57,888 nt of DNA, from contig ONEU01000048.1 of the NCBI GenBank assembly GCA_900316925.1, positions 1 to 57,888 of the forward strand, read 5' to 3'. Position numbers and translations under genes: made by a program. Source of the stretch: an uncultured Eubacteriales bacterium. Its GTDB lineage: Bacteria > Bacillota > Clostridia > Oscillospirales > Acutalibacteraceae. Below the pieces are notes generated by a model. The model saw nothing but the letters and a program-made list of their open reading frames with translations. It did not search any database and was not told where the DNA came from. The stretch's first letter is position 1. The number at the start of each line of letters is the position of its first letter. This document shows positions 26,561 through 35,095 of this stretch, in pieces.

Positions 26561-27079
26561 ATGGGAATTTGGGAAATCGTAATCGGCTTTGTTGTATTGC
26601 TGCTGTCGGTCATTATGATCATCGTCATCATTCTCCAGGAGGGACATGACGCTGGCCTGGGAACTATCACGGGCGGTGCGGATTCCTTTATGAAGAGAGG
26701 AAAGGCCAAGACGGCCGATGCCCTGTTTGCAAAGGTGACAAAGGTCTGTGCCATTACTTTCTTCGTTTTCATTGTTCTGCTGAATGCCCTGTCCTATTTC
26801 GGTTGGACAGGTAAATCCAAGGAGACACCCGCTGCTGAGACTTCCACCGTATCGCAGGCTTCCACAGAGGCAAGCGCACAGGCTTCCGGTGAAGAGAGCA
26901 AGACAGAGGAGAGCAAGACAGAAGAGAGCAGTAAAGCAGAGAGCACACAGGCTTCCGGCAGCGAGAGCAGCGCAGAGGCATCCAAGACAGAAAGCTCCGC
27001 AGCTGCTTCAGAAGCAGAGAGCTCTGCAGCCCAGGAGTCCAGTGAAGCTGCTTCATCCACAGCCGCATCTGCTGCCTGA
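26561..27079 (+). CDS. secG: Preprotein translocase subunit SecG with a ~90 aa low-complexity S/E/A/T-rich C-terminal extension
   Basis: SecG core: TM1, LLQ.G...GLG...GG motif, TM2 (aa 1-82). Then ...EESKTEESKTEESSKAES... runs to the stop. Confidence 0.8.
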   Translation: MGIWEIVIGFVVLLLSVIMIIVIILQEGHDAGLGTITGGADSFMKRGKAKTADALFAKVTKVCAITFFVFIVLLNALSYFGWTGKSKETPAAETSTVSQASTEASAQASGEESKTEESKTEESSKAESTQASGSESSAEASKTESSAAASEAESSAAQESSEAASSTAASAA

Positions 27080-27109
27080 TCAGGAAATAACAGAAAAAAA
27101 CAATTTCTC

Positions 27110-27150
27110 AAAGCATCTTCAATGGCAGCATTGAGGATGCTTTATTGTTT
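27110..27150 (+). terminator. Rho-independent terminator after secG
   Basis: 14-bp stem AAGCATCTTCAATG/CATTGAGGATGCTT followed by TATTGTTT. Confidence 0.7.
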
Positions 27151-27175
27151 CAGAAAGATCAAAGGAGGGGACAAG

Positions 27176-28522
27176 ATGAACAGAATCATCCAACTGCCTG
27201 AAACGGTGAGTGAGATCATCCGTCAGCTTGGAGCGGCGGGACATGATGCTTATGCGGTAGGCGGTTGTATTCGTGACAGTCTGATGGGCAAGCAGCCTGC
27301 GGATTGGGATATCTGTACCTCCGCCCTGCCCGAAGAGACTCTGAAAATACTTGGAAAACAAAACATTGTTGAAAACGGCATGAAGCATGGTACGGTGACG
27401 GTGCGCTTTGACCATCGGAATTACGAGATCACCACCTTCCGTACAGACGGTGAGTATGAGGATAATCGTCATCCCAAGGAGGTTACCTTTGTCCGCAATC
27501 TGGCACAGGATCTTGCCCGACGCGATTTCACCGTGAATGCCCTGGCATATAACGACAGCAAGGGACTGGTGGATCTTTACAACGGCATCGAGGATCTCCG
27601 GCAGCAGCGCATCTGCTGTGTAGGTGATCCGGATAAACGGTTCCATGAGGATGCGCTGCGCATCCTGCGTGCGCTGCGGTTCTCGTCGCAGCTTGGTTTT
27701 ACGATTGATCCCGCCACAGCCGAAAGTATCCACCGCAATGCCCGTCTGCTGACGAATATTTCAGCCGAGCGGATCATGGCGGAGTTTCAGAAGATCCTCA
27801 CCGGCAGACGGGTAGAGGAACTGCTGATGGAGTACCCGGATGTGATCGGAGTGTTTGTTCCCGAAGTCACACCGATGCTGGGGTTCCGGCAGCGCAATCC
27901 CCACCATAGCTATGATGTGTGGGAGCATACTGTCAAGGTGGTTGCCAACAGCGAGCCTGATCCGCTGTTAAGGCTTACAGCTTTCCTGCATGATATTGGC
28001 AAGCCGCGCTGCTTTACAATCGACGAAAAGAACATCGGACATTTTCACGGTCATCCCGATGTGGGTGCATTGATGGCACATGATATCCTGAAGCGTCTGA
28101 AAAGTGATAATCGTACCCTTCAGACAGTCTGCCTGCTGATCAAGCTGCATGACCGACGTCCTCCTGCCGACAGCAAGAATGTACGCCGCCTGGTGGCAAA
28201 GACCGGTACGGAACTGTTTCCCCTGCTGCTGTCGTTGAAGCGGGCGGATGCAAAGGGGCAGAACCCCTTGATGATCACCCAGAAGTTAGAGTACATAGAC
28301 CGGCTGGAGGGAATCTTCCATGCAGAGCTTGCGAACCATGCGGTATTTTCACTCAAACAGATGGCACTCAACGGATATGACCTCCAGTGTTTGGGGATTC
28401 ACGAGGGAAAGAGGATCGGTATCCTGCTGAATGAACTGCTGGCGCTGGTGATCGAGGGAGAGCTGCCGAACGACCGTGACAGACTTCTGCAGGAAGCGAA
28501 GAAGCTGAATGAAAGATTTTAG
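27176..28522 (+). CDS. cca: CCA-adding tRNA nucleotidyltransferase with HD domain
   Basis: GGCIRDSLMG..P.DWD, RRDFT.NA, and HD motif LHDIGKP. ATG at 27176 follows AAAGGAGGGG. Ends with TAG. Confidence 0.9.
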   Translation: MNRIIQLPETVSEIIRQLGAAGHDAYAVGGCIRDSLMGKQPADWDICTSALPEETLKILGKQNIVENGMKHGTVTVRFDHRNYEITTFRTDGEYEDNRHPKEVTFVRNLAQDLARRDFTVNALAYNDSKGLVDLYNGIEDLRQQRICCVGDPDKRFHEDALRILRALRFSSQLGFTIDPATAESIHRNARLLTNISAERIMAEFQKILTGRRVEELLMEYPDVIGVFVPEVTPMLGFRQRNPHHSYDVWEHTVKVVANSEPDPLLRLTAFLHDIGKPRCFTIDEKNIGHFHGHPDVGALMAHDILKRLKSDNRTLQTVCLLIKLHDRRPPADSKNVRRLVAKTGTELFPLLLSLKRADAKGQNPLMITQKLEYIDRLEGIFHAELANHAVFSLKQMALNGYDLQCLGIHEGKRIGILLNELLALVIEGELPNDRDRLLQEAKKLNERF

Positions 28523-28552
28523 ACACCTGTAAGTCACTTGAATAAACCAAAA

Positions 28553-28612
28553 CACGGCAGATTACGAAAAAGGTTTTCCTGGTAACTGGCAGGTCAGAAT
28601 TGATTTCCGTGG
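28553..28612 (+). repeat. MITE-like repeat, copy B (internally deleted, ~60 bp)
   Basis: CACGGCAGATTA (left-end-like) is joined directly to CGAAAAAGGTTTTCCTGGTAACTGGCAGGTCAGAATTGATTTCCGTGG, which nearly matches the right half of copy A. Confidence 0.65.
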
Positions 28613-28629
28613 TGCGGAACAGATATCCC

Positions 28630-28658
28630 TTTTCAAGAGCGGGAAACTGTGGTATAAT
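28630..28658 (+). promoter_or_regulatory. Sigma-A promoter of the dnaD-like/dnaI operon
   Basis: -35 TTTCAA, 16-17 nt spacer, extended -10 TGgTATAAT, about 18 nt after repeat copy B. Confidence 0.6.
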
Positions 28659-28679
28659 AACGGATAAGGAAAGTATAGG

Positions 28680-29702
28680 ATGAACGAAATGGAATATCAT
28701 ATCAATCTTGGAGCGTGGAGGAGTGTCTTTGCGCTCCCGTGTGAGCTTGTAGACAAACATCTCAAATTAGCAGGGGCAGCCCAGCTGAAAGTGATTCTCT
28801 GGGTACTGCGCCATTCGGGAGAAGGCTTTACCACCGCGGATATTGCGGGGGCACTCACCATGCAGGAAGCGGATGTGCGGGACTGTATGCAGTACTGGGT
28901 ACAAACAGGACTGATCGCCATGGAAGACAATGTTATCACCCCGGCACTTCCCGTAGAACCTGTGCAGGCGGTTCCCATGCAGCCGCAGCAGACAGTTCCT
29001 GTGCCGACGCCGGAACCGGTTACAGAGGTTCCTGAGAAGAAGCGTCCGCTGACAAGGCCGGGAAAGCCCGATATGAACTACATGAATCTCCGGATCAGTG
29101 AAGATTCTGACGTTGCCTTTCTGATGCAGTCAGCGGAAGAAATATTAGGACGTATCACCAGTCCGAACGATAAGGCGGTGCTGCTCACCATCCATGAATA
29201 TGACGGACTGCCTGTAGAGGTCATTCTCATGCTGCTGCAATATGCTTTCAATATCGGCAAGGGCAATATGCGGTATATTGAAAAGATGGCGATCAACTGG
29301 GCGGAGGATGAGATCACCACTCTGAGTGCCGCCGAGGCGAAAATCCGTCAGCTAACATCCGGAAGAGATGCAGCCAATAAGGTACAGTGCATCATTGGTG
29401 CGGAGCAGCATTCACCTACCGAGAAAGAGTCGGTTATTGCGGACCGCTGGATCAACCAATGGCATTTTTCTGGGGAGATGATACGGGCTGCTTATGAGGT
29501 GTGTGTAGACGCCAAGGGAAAGTACATCCCGAAGTATACCAATTCGATTCTGGAACGCTGGCATAACGCCGGGATCACTACGCCTGAGCAGGTGAAGCAG
29601 GAAAAACAGAACCGCAAGAAAACCAAAAAACAGGATGGCTATGAAGCCACTTATGATATATCGGAATACGAGAGCACAAGTGTAACGGACGGGGAGTGGT
29701 AA
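28680..29702 (+). CDS. DnaD/DnaB(Bsu)-family replication initiation and membrane attachment protein
   Basis: DnaD-like C-terminal domain: ...LLTIHEYDGLPVEVILMLLQYAFNIGKGNMRYIEKMAINWAEDEITT... A second related segment follows (ADRWINQWHFSGEMI...YTNSILERWHNAGITT). Confidence 0.8.
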   Translation: MNEMEYHINLGAWRSVFALPCELVDKHLKLAGAAQLKVILWVLRHSGEGFTTADIAGALTMQEADVRDCMQYWVQTGLIAMEDNVITPALPVEPVQAVPMQPQQTVPVPTPEPVTEVPEKKRPLTRPGKPDMNYMNLRISEDSDVAFLMQSAEEILGRITSPNDKAVLLTIHEYDGLPVEVILMLLQYAFNIGKGNMRYIEKMAINWAEDEITTLSAAEAKIRQLTSGRDAANKVQCIIGAEQHSPTEKESVIADRWINQWHFSGEMIRAAYEVCVDAKGKYIPKYTNSILERWHNAGITTPEQVKQEKQNRKKTKKQDGYEATYDISEYESTSVTDGEW

Positions 29703-29703
29703 T

Positions 29704-30714
29704 ATGGGATATTCAGCAGAGATCTATGAAATGGCGGAGAAGAAGCTGGAACGGAAGCGGATTTTTTCCCAACAGGAACTGGACAAGCGAAGAAGCAGTC
29801 TGTATACACGAGCTCCCCGAGTGGAGAGCATCGAGCGCACCATCGCACGCACATCGGTTGCGGCGGCGAAGGCGGTATTCGGCGGTGCTGATCTCCGTGA
29901 AGAGCTGGAACGCCTGAAAAAAGCCAATCAGGGACTGCAGCAGGAGCTTCTGAACATTCTGAAAGGATTTGATCTGCCGGAGAACTATCTTGAGCCCTGG
30001 TATGACTGTTCTGTGTGCAAGGATACCGGATATCTGGACGGCAGAATGTGCCAATGCATGAAAAAGCTCCTGCGGGACACCGCCTATGAAAACCTGAATC
30101 GGATCTCACCCCTGTCGCTGTCGGATTTTGACAGCTTTTCGCTTGATTACTATTCCAAGACCCCCAGCGCAGAGGGACGTGTCAGCCCCTACACCCACAT
30201 GAACAATGTGCTGGGGTTCTGCAAGAAGTACGCCCGTACGTTCAACGAGTTTTCTCACAGCCTGCTTTTTCAGGGTGCACCGGGTCTGGGCAAGACACAC
30301 CTTTCCCTGGCGGTTGCCAAGGAGATCATCGACCAGGGCTATGGTGTGGTGTATGTGTCCGCACCGGCCATTCTCTCGAAGATCGAAAGCGAGCATTTTG
30401 ATATCCGCCGGTCAGAAGGCAATACCGAGCAGCTGGTCACGGAATGTGACCTGCTGATCATTGACGATCTCGGGACGGAGTTCAATTCCAAGTTTATTGT
30501 TTCGGCGCTGTATAATATCATCAATACCCGGATGATCACTGCAAAGCCCATGATTATCAGCACGAACCTGTCTCTTTCGGAGCTGCAGGATAAATATAAC
30601 AGCCGTATTATCTCCCGCATCATCGGCACCCTTGACAGGGTGGAGTTTGTGGGAACGGATATCAGACAGCAAAAGCGCAGAAAAGAATCTGCTAATTACC
30701 GAAAAAACAAGTAA
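29704..30714 (+). CDS. dnaI: DnaI/DnaC-type helicase loader ATPase
   Basis: N-terminal Zn motif CSVCKDTGY...CQC. Walker A GAPGLGKTHL, Walker B LLIIDDLGTE. The start is 1 nt after the upstream stop. Confidence 0.85.
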   Translation: MGYSAEIYEMAEKKLERKRIFSQQELDKRRSSLYTRAPRVESIERTIARTSVAAAKAVFGGADLREELERLKKANQGLQQELLNILKGFDLPENYLEPWYDCSVCKDTGYLDGRMCQCMKKLLRDTAYENLNRISPLSLSDFDSFSLDYYSKTPSAEGRVSPYTHMNNVLGFCKKYARTFNEFSHSLLFQGAPGLGKTHLSLAVAKEIIDQGYGVVYVSAPAILSKIESEHFDIRRSEGNTEQLVTECDLLIIDDLGTEFNSKFIVSALYNIINTRMITAKPMIISTNLSLSELQDKYNSRIISRIIGTLDRVEFVGTDIRQQKRRKESANYRKNK

Positions 30715-30729
30715 AAAGGAGTGTCAACG

Positions 30730-31581
30730 ATGGCAAAGATTCTGCTCACAGCAGACAGTACCTGCGATATTTCCGGCGAGCTACTGGAAAGCACCAAAGC
30801 ACAGCTCATGCCCATGCATATTATTCTTGACGAACAGAGTTTTGATGATGGTGTGGATATCACCCCCGACGAGATCTATGCCCATTTCGGCAGAACCGGC
30901 AAGCTCCCGAAAACGGCGGCGATCAATACCCAGGAGTATATTGACAAGTTCCGTCCCTACCTGGAACAGGGCTATGAGGTTGTGCATATCAGTCTTGGAT
31001 CGGCCATTTCCTCCTCCTATCAGAACTGTGTAGCGGCTGCCGAGAAGCTGGGTCATGTCTATCCCGTCAATTCCTGCAACCTGTCCTCCGGCAGCGGCCA
31101 TCTGGTCATTGAAGCTGCCGATCTGATTGCACAGGGCTGTTCCGCCAAGGAGGTTGCCGAGGAGCTCAGGGCGCTGGTGCCGAAATGCCATGCCAGCTTT
31201 GTGATTGATAAGCTGGATTATCTGCGGGCAGGCGGACGTTGTTCCACACTTGCTATGCTGGGAGCGAATCTGCTGCAGCTCAAACCGAGCATTGAGGTCA
31301 TCAATACCGATGGTTCCATGACGGTGGGAAAGAAGTACCGCGGCAAACTGGAAAAGGTACTGGTGACGTATGTGCATGACCAGCTGGAGAAATATGAGAA
31401 GATCCGCAATCACCGTGTCTTCATCACCCATGCCGGTATGGCACAGAAGTACGTCGATGTCGTCAAGGAGGAGCTTGACCGTCTGCACTTCTTTCAAAAG
31501 ACCTATATTGAAAGAGCGAGCTGTACGATTTCCTCTCACTGCGGACCGGGTACCCTGGGTATCCTGTTTATGACGGAGTAA
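30730..31581 (+). CDS. DegV family fatty-acid-binding protein
   Basis: Typical DegV N-terminus ILLTADSTCDI, plus SLGSAISSSYQN and DYLRAGGR. ATG at 30730 follows AAAGGAG. Confidence 0.88.
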   Translation: MAKILLTADSTCDISGELLESTKAQLMPMHIILDEQSFDDGVDITPDEIYAHFGRTGKLPKTAAINTQEYIDKFRPYLEQGYEVVHISLGSAISSSYQNCVAAAEKLGHVYPVNSCNLSSGSGHLVIEAADLIAQGCSAKEVAEELRALVPKCHASFVIDKLDYLRAGGRCSTLAMLGANLLQLKPSIEVINTDGSMTVGKKYRGKLEKVLVTYVHDQLEKYEKIRNHRVFITHAGMAQKYVDVVKEELDRLHFFQKTYIERASCTISSHCGPGTLGILFMTE

Positions 31582-31593
31582 AGGAAGACATTT

Positions 31594-32100
31594 ATGAACA
31601 AGGTAATATGCTTTCACAATCCCGATGAACCGAATGGCTGGTTGAGCAACTGGCACCTGTCGGATTTCACACTTGACGGGATCACCTACACTTCCATGGA
31701 GCAGTACATGATGTACCGGAAAGCGCTGTTGTTCGGAGATGAGCGGATGCAGCAGGCCATTATGGATACCACCGATACAGCCAGGATCAAGGCATACGGC
31801 AGAAAGGTGACGCCGTTTAACGCTGTAATATGGAACGGAATGCGGCAGATCATCATTTATGAAGGATTATATGCGAAGTACAGTCAGAACGAAGAATTAA
31901 AAGCCCGTCTGCTTTCCACCGGCGATCAGTTGCTGGCGGAATGTGCTGTCGAGGATAAGATTTGGGCGACGGGCATTTCCATGAAGGACGAGAGACGGTC
32001 TGAGATGGCCGAATGGACAGGGCAGAACCTGCTGGGCTTTGCCACCATGCTCGTCCGCGACAAAATAAGGAGAGAAGGAGTATATGAATCAGGACGATAG
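31594..32100 (+). CDS. NADAR (YbiA/DUF1768) family protein
   Basis: F....EPNGWLSNW....F..DG..Y.S.EQYMMY.KA..F.D and ECA..D.IW..G are characteristic NADAR motifs. Confidence 0.8.
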   Translation: MNKVICFHNPDEPNGWLSNWHLSDFTLDGITYTSMEQYMMYRKALLFGDERMQQAIMDTTDTARIKAYGRKVTPFNAVIWNGMRQIIIYEGLYAKYSQNEELKARLLSTGDQLLAECAVEDKIWATGISMKDERRSEMAEWTGQNLLGFATMLVRDKIRREGVYESGR

Positions 32101-34207
32101 ACTGTTAATCACCGATATCCTGTCGCAGCAGACAGAACCGATCGACCGGATGGAACTGCTGATTGCCACGGGAATTTTAGAGATAGAACATTTTAACCGG
32201 CTGGTCTCTCAGATGGAAGCAGAGGGAGAGATCATCATCATCAAGCGGAAGAAGGTTGCATTGCCCTCTGTAGTGGGTTGCCTGCGTGCCACCGTAGTGC
32301 GCCAGAGCAAGCATTTTCTGTTTGCACAGCCGGAGGACCCCGACCATGAGGATGTGTTCGTCAATGCGTCTTCCTCCAAGGGCGCCATGCCGGGGGATCT
32401 TGTTATGCTGAAGAACATCAGGGACAGCGAAAAGGGTCCCTATGGAGAGATCGACAAGATCATCAGGAAAGGCTCCCGTATTATCACCGGTATGGTGGAG
32501 CGGGAGAGAGGAAAGGCAGGAAAAGCCTTTGTCATCCCTGATAACGGCTTTGCATATAGTCTGCCGGTGGTCAGGGGCGGCGAACTCAAGAGCAAGAACG
32601 GCGACAAGGTCAAGGCCGCCATCTCGTTTGACCAGAAGGAAAAGAAAATCGTTGCAAGGATCATTCATATCTACGGACGTGCGGATTCTGCCAGGGTGTG
32701 TTCGGATGCGATTATCGACGCCAACGGGATTCCCTCCAAGTTTACGGTTGCCGTCAAGCACGAAGCGGCTGTGAAGGCAGCGGAACCCATCACCGAAGAG
32801 GAGATCGCCAAACGTCTTGATCTGCGGGACGAGCCCATCTTCACCATCGACGGAGCCGACGCGAAAGACCTGGATGATGCGATCTCTGTCAGAAAGCTGC
32901 CGGACGGCTGGGAACTGGGCGTACACATTGCTGATGTGTCGCACTATGTCACCCCGGGCAGCCGTCTTGACGAGAGCGCCATGGACAGAGGAACCTCCGT
33001 CTATTTTGCCGACCGTGTGATTCCCATGCTGCCGGTAGAGATTTCCAACGGCTGCTGTTCGCTGAATGCCGGCGTGAAGAAGCTGACGTTTTCGGCGTTG
33101 ATGAAGCTGGACGAGAAAGCGGAGCTTGTGGATTACCGTTTTGAGAAAACCGTGATCTGTTCCAGAGTGCGCGGTGTATATTCGGAGGTCAATGCGCTGT
33201 TTGACGGCACGGCAGACGAAACGATCCGGGAGAAATACGCTCCGGTTACCGAGTCGCTGACTGCTGCCAGAGAGCTTGCCGATATCCTGAAGGCCAAGGC
33301 AAAGCAGAGGGGAGAGCTGGAGATCGAAACCAGTGAACTTCGCTTTGTTCTGGATGAGAACGGTGTGTGTACGGATGTAGGCACCCGGGAGCGCGGGGAA
33401 GCGGAGGAACTGATCGAGCAGTTTATGATTACCGCCAACAGAGCCGCCGCTCTTTACGCCAAGAGTGCCGGGATACCGTTTGTCTACCGGGTACACGAAG
33501 CCCCCGAGGAAGACAGATTGTCCTCCCTGTCCGAGATCGCTGCGGCCTGCGGCTTTGCCGTGAGACGGATTAAAACGGGTGTGCATCAGACGGACCTTTC
33601 GGAGCTGATCCGTCAGGCAAGTCAGACAAAATACGCCCTGCTCATTTCCATGCAGGTTCTGCGCACCATGGCAAAAGCACGTTATGATGCCCGTCCCCTG
33701 GGACATTTCGGCTTGTCGCTGGCGGATTATTGTCATTTCACTTCACCCATCCGGCGCTATCCGGATACTTCGATTCACCGTATCCTGACGGACCTTGTCA
33801 GCGGAGTATCCGTTGACGAAATCGAACGGAGATATGGGGAATTTGCCCGTGAGTCGGCGAAGATCTCCTCCGACCGGGAGCTCCGTGCCGTCAGAGCCGA
33901 GCGTGATGCCGAGAAATGCTACGCTGCCGAATACATGACCTCCCATATCGGAGAGATCCATCACGGTCTGGTATCCGGCGTGACCAACCGGGGCATTTTC
34001 GTGTGTATTGAGAACGGTGTGGAGGGCTTTGTCAATCTGGCACAGCTGGAGGATGCGTTCTTCGAGTTTAACGGCACCACCACGACCACCGACCGGCGCA
34101 GTGGCGAGAGCTATGCGATCGGTGATAATGTGCTGATAAAGGTCATCAGCGCAAGCGTGCCGATGGGAACCGTAGATTTCGAGCTTTATAAAGGAACCAT
34201 AGAATAA
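32084..34207 (+). CDS. rnr: Ribonuclease R
   Basis: RNB domain (FTIDGADAKDLDDAISV, SVYFADRVIPMLP, HFGL....YCHFTSPIRRYPD) and C-terminal S1 domain. The start overlaps the NADAR gene by 17 nt. Confidence 0.93.
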   Translation: MNQDDRLLITDILSQQTEPIDRMELLIATGILEIEHFNRLVSQMEAEGEIIIIKRKKVALPSVVGCLRATVVRQSKHFLFAQPEDPDHEDVFVNASSSKGAMPGDLVMLKNIRDSEKGPYGEIDKIIRKGSRIITGMVERERGKAGKAFVIPDNGFAYSLPVVRGGELKSKNGDKVKAAISFDQKEKKIVARIIHIYGRADSARVCSDAIIDANGIPSKFTVAVKHEAAVKAAEPITEEEIAKRLDLRDEPIFTIDGADAKDLDDAISVRKLPDGWELGVHIADVSHYVTPGSRLDESAMDRGTSVYFADRVIPMLPVEISNGCCSLNAGVKKLTFSALMKLDEKAELVDYRFEKTVICSRVRGVYSEVNALFDGTADETIREKYAPVTESLTAARELADILKAKAKQRGELEIETSELRFVLDENGVCTDVGTRERGEAEELIEQFMITANRAAALYAKSAGIPFVYRVHEAPEEDRLSSLSEIAAACGFAVRRIKTGVHQTDLSELIRQASQTKYALLISMQVLRTMAKARYDARPLGHFGLSLADYCHFTSPIRRYPDTSIHRILTDLVSGVSVDEIERRYGEFARESAKISSDRELRAVRAERDAEKCYAAEYMTSHIGEIHHGLVSGVTNRGIFVCIENGVEGFVNLAQLEDAFFEFNGTTTTTDRRSGESYAIGDNVLIKVISASVPMGTVDFELYKGTIE

Positions 34208-34210
34208 CGA

Positions 34211-34257
34211 AAACGGCATACCGTCCGTACAGCGAATGTTCGGATGGTATGCCGTTT
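34211..34257. terminator. Shared hairpin terminator between convergent rnr and rnhA
   Basis: 17-bp stem AAACGGCATACCGTCCG/CGGATGGTATGCCGTTT. The minus-strand reading is followed by TTTTCGTTATT. Confidence 0.7.
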
Positions 34258-34265
34258 CCGGTTGG

Positions 34266-34706
34266 TTATGAAGCGTGTTTCCTGGCTTGAGCCGTAGCTA
34301 ATTTGTCACAGCGTTCGTTTTCCGGGTGACCGTTGTGGCCGCGTACCCAGCGGATCGTCAAACGGTGTTTTTCTGTGAGCGTCAGCAGCTCATCCCATAG
34401 CTCGGGATTCTTTGCCTTTGACTTGTCACTCTTGATCCAGCCGTTCTGTTTCCATTTCTTAGCCCACCCCAGCTTCAGGGCATCGCACACATATTTGGAA
34501 TCGCTGGTGAGAATCACCTCGCAAGGCTCTTTCAGGGCTTTCAGTCCTTCAATCACGGCAATCATTTCCATGCGGTTGTTGGTGGTCATGGCTTCACCGC
34601 CGGAGAGCTCCTTTTCATGTCCCTGATAGCGTAGGATGGCTCCCCAGCCGCCGGGACCGGGATTCCCGCTGCAGGCGCCGTCCGTAAATAACTCGATCTG
34701 TTTCAT
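34266..34706 (-). CDS. rnhA: Ribonuclease HI
   Basis: TDGACSGNPGPGGWG, TNNRMEM, W.K..W and GH.G...NE.CD motifs. RBS GAGGAG. Confidence 0.93.
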   Translation of the reverse strand: MKQIELFTDGACSGNPGPGGWGAILRYQGHEKELSGGEAMTTNNRMEMIAVIEGLKALKEPCEVILTSDSKYVCDALKLGWAKKWKQNGWIKSDKSKAKNPELWDELLTLTEKHRLTIRWVRGHNGHPENERCDKLATAQARKHAS

Positions 34707-34789
34707 AATAATGACTCCTCGTTTTTCGTGATAGTATTATTATACAGGAAATACGCGGATACGCAAGGGGATGGAGCCATTTTATTGAT

Positions 34790-34926
34790 TGGGGATTCAG
34801 ATTGCTGCAAGGTTTATCCCTCAGCGAATTTTGGAACGGGGTGCGTGGAAAACCTTTTTTTCGCCAGAAAAAGGTTTTCCACGGGAACTGGCAGGGAAGA
34901 ATTGATTGAAGAATTGATTTTCGTGG
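34790..34926 (+). repeat. MITE-like repeat, copy C (core and right end; left arm diverged)
   Basis: GCTGCAAGGTTTATCCCTCAGCGAATTTTGGAACGGGG...GGAAAACCTTTTTTTCGCCAGAAAAAGGTTTTCC...CTGGCAGG...GAATTGATT(GAAGAATTGATT)TTCGTGG. The right end carries a 12-nt internal duplication. A possible degenerate left end CAGGAAATAC is at 34745. Confidence 0.7.
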
Positions 34927-34943
34927 TTCGACGAAATAATGTA

Positions 34944-34972
34944 TTGACAGAATCAGGGAAAAATAGTAAAAT
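34944..34972 (+). promoter_or_regulatory. Sigma-A promoter of rnj
   Basis: -35 TTGACA, 17-nt spacer, -10 TAAAAT, 18 nt after repeat copy C. Confidence 0.6.
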
Positions 34973-35095
34973 GAATTATATATTGTGTTCGGAATCCTGT
35001 GACCGTTCATAAGGCTGAACGATCCCGCAGCAGACAGTTCAAACAACATTATGGATCAAAGTATTTTAAAAACATGAAAACGGAGGTATTTATTC

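Noticed and set aside
32177-33736. 519-aa ORF antisense to rnr. Similar long antisense ORFs occur in clpP (12101-12670), parC (24934-25944), parE, uvrA, ftsH, rnj and the lysozyme gene.
   Set aside because: All lie opposite confidently identified genes, lack RBSs, and have skewed composition. They are treated as shadow ORFs.
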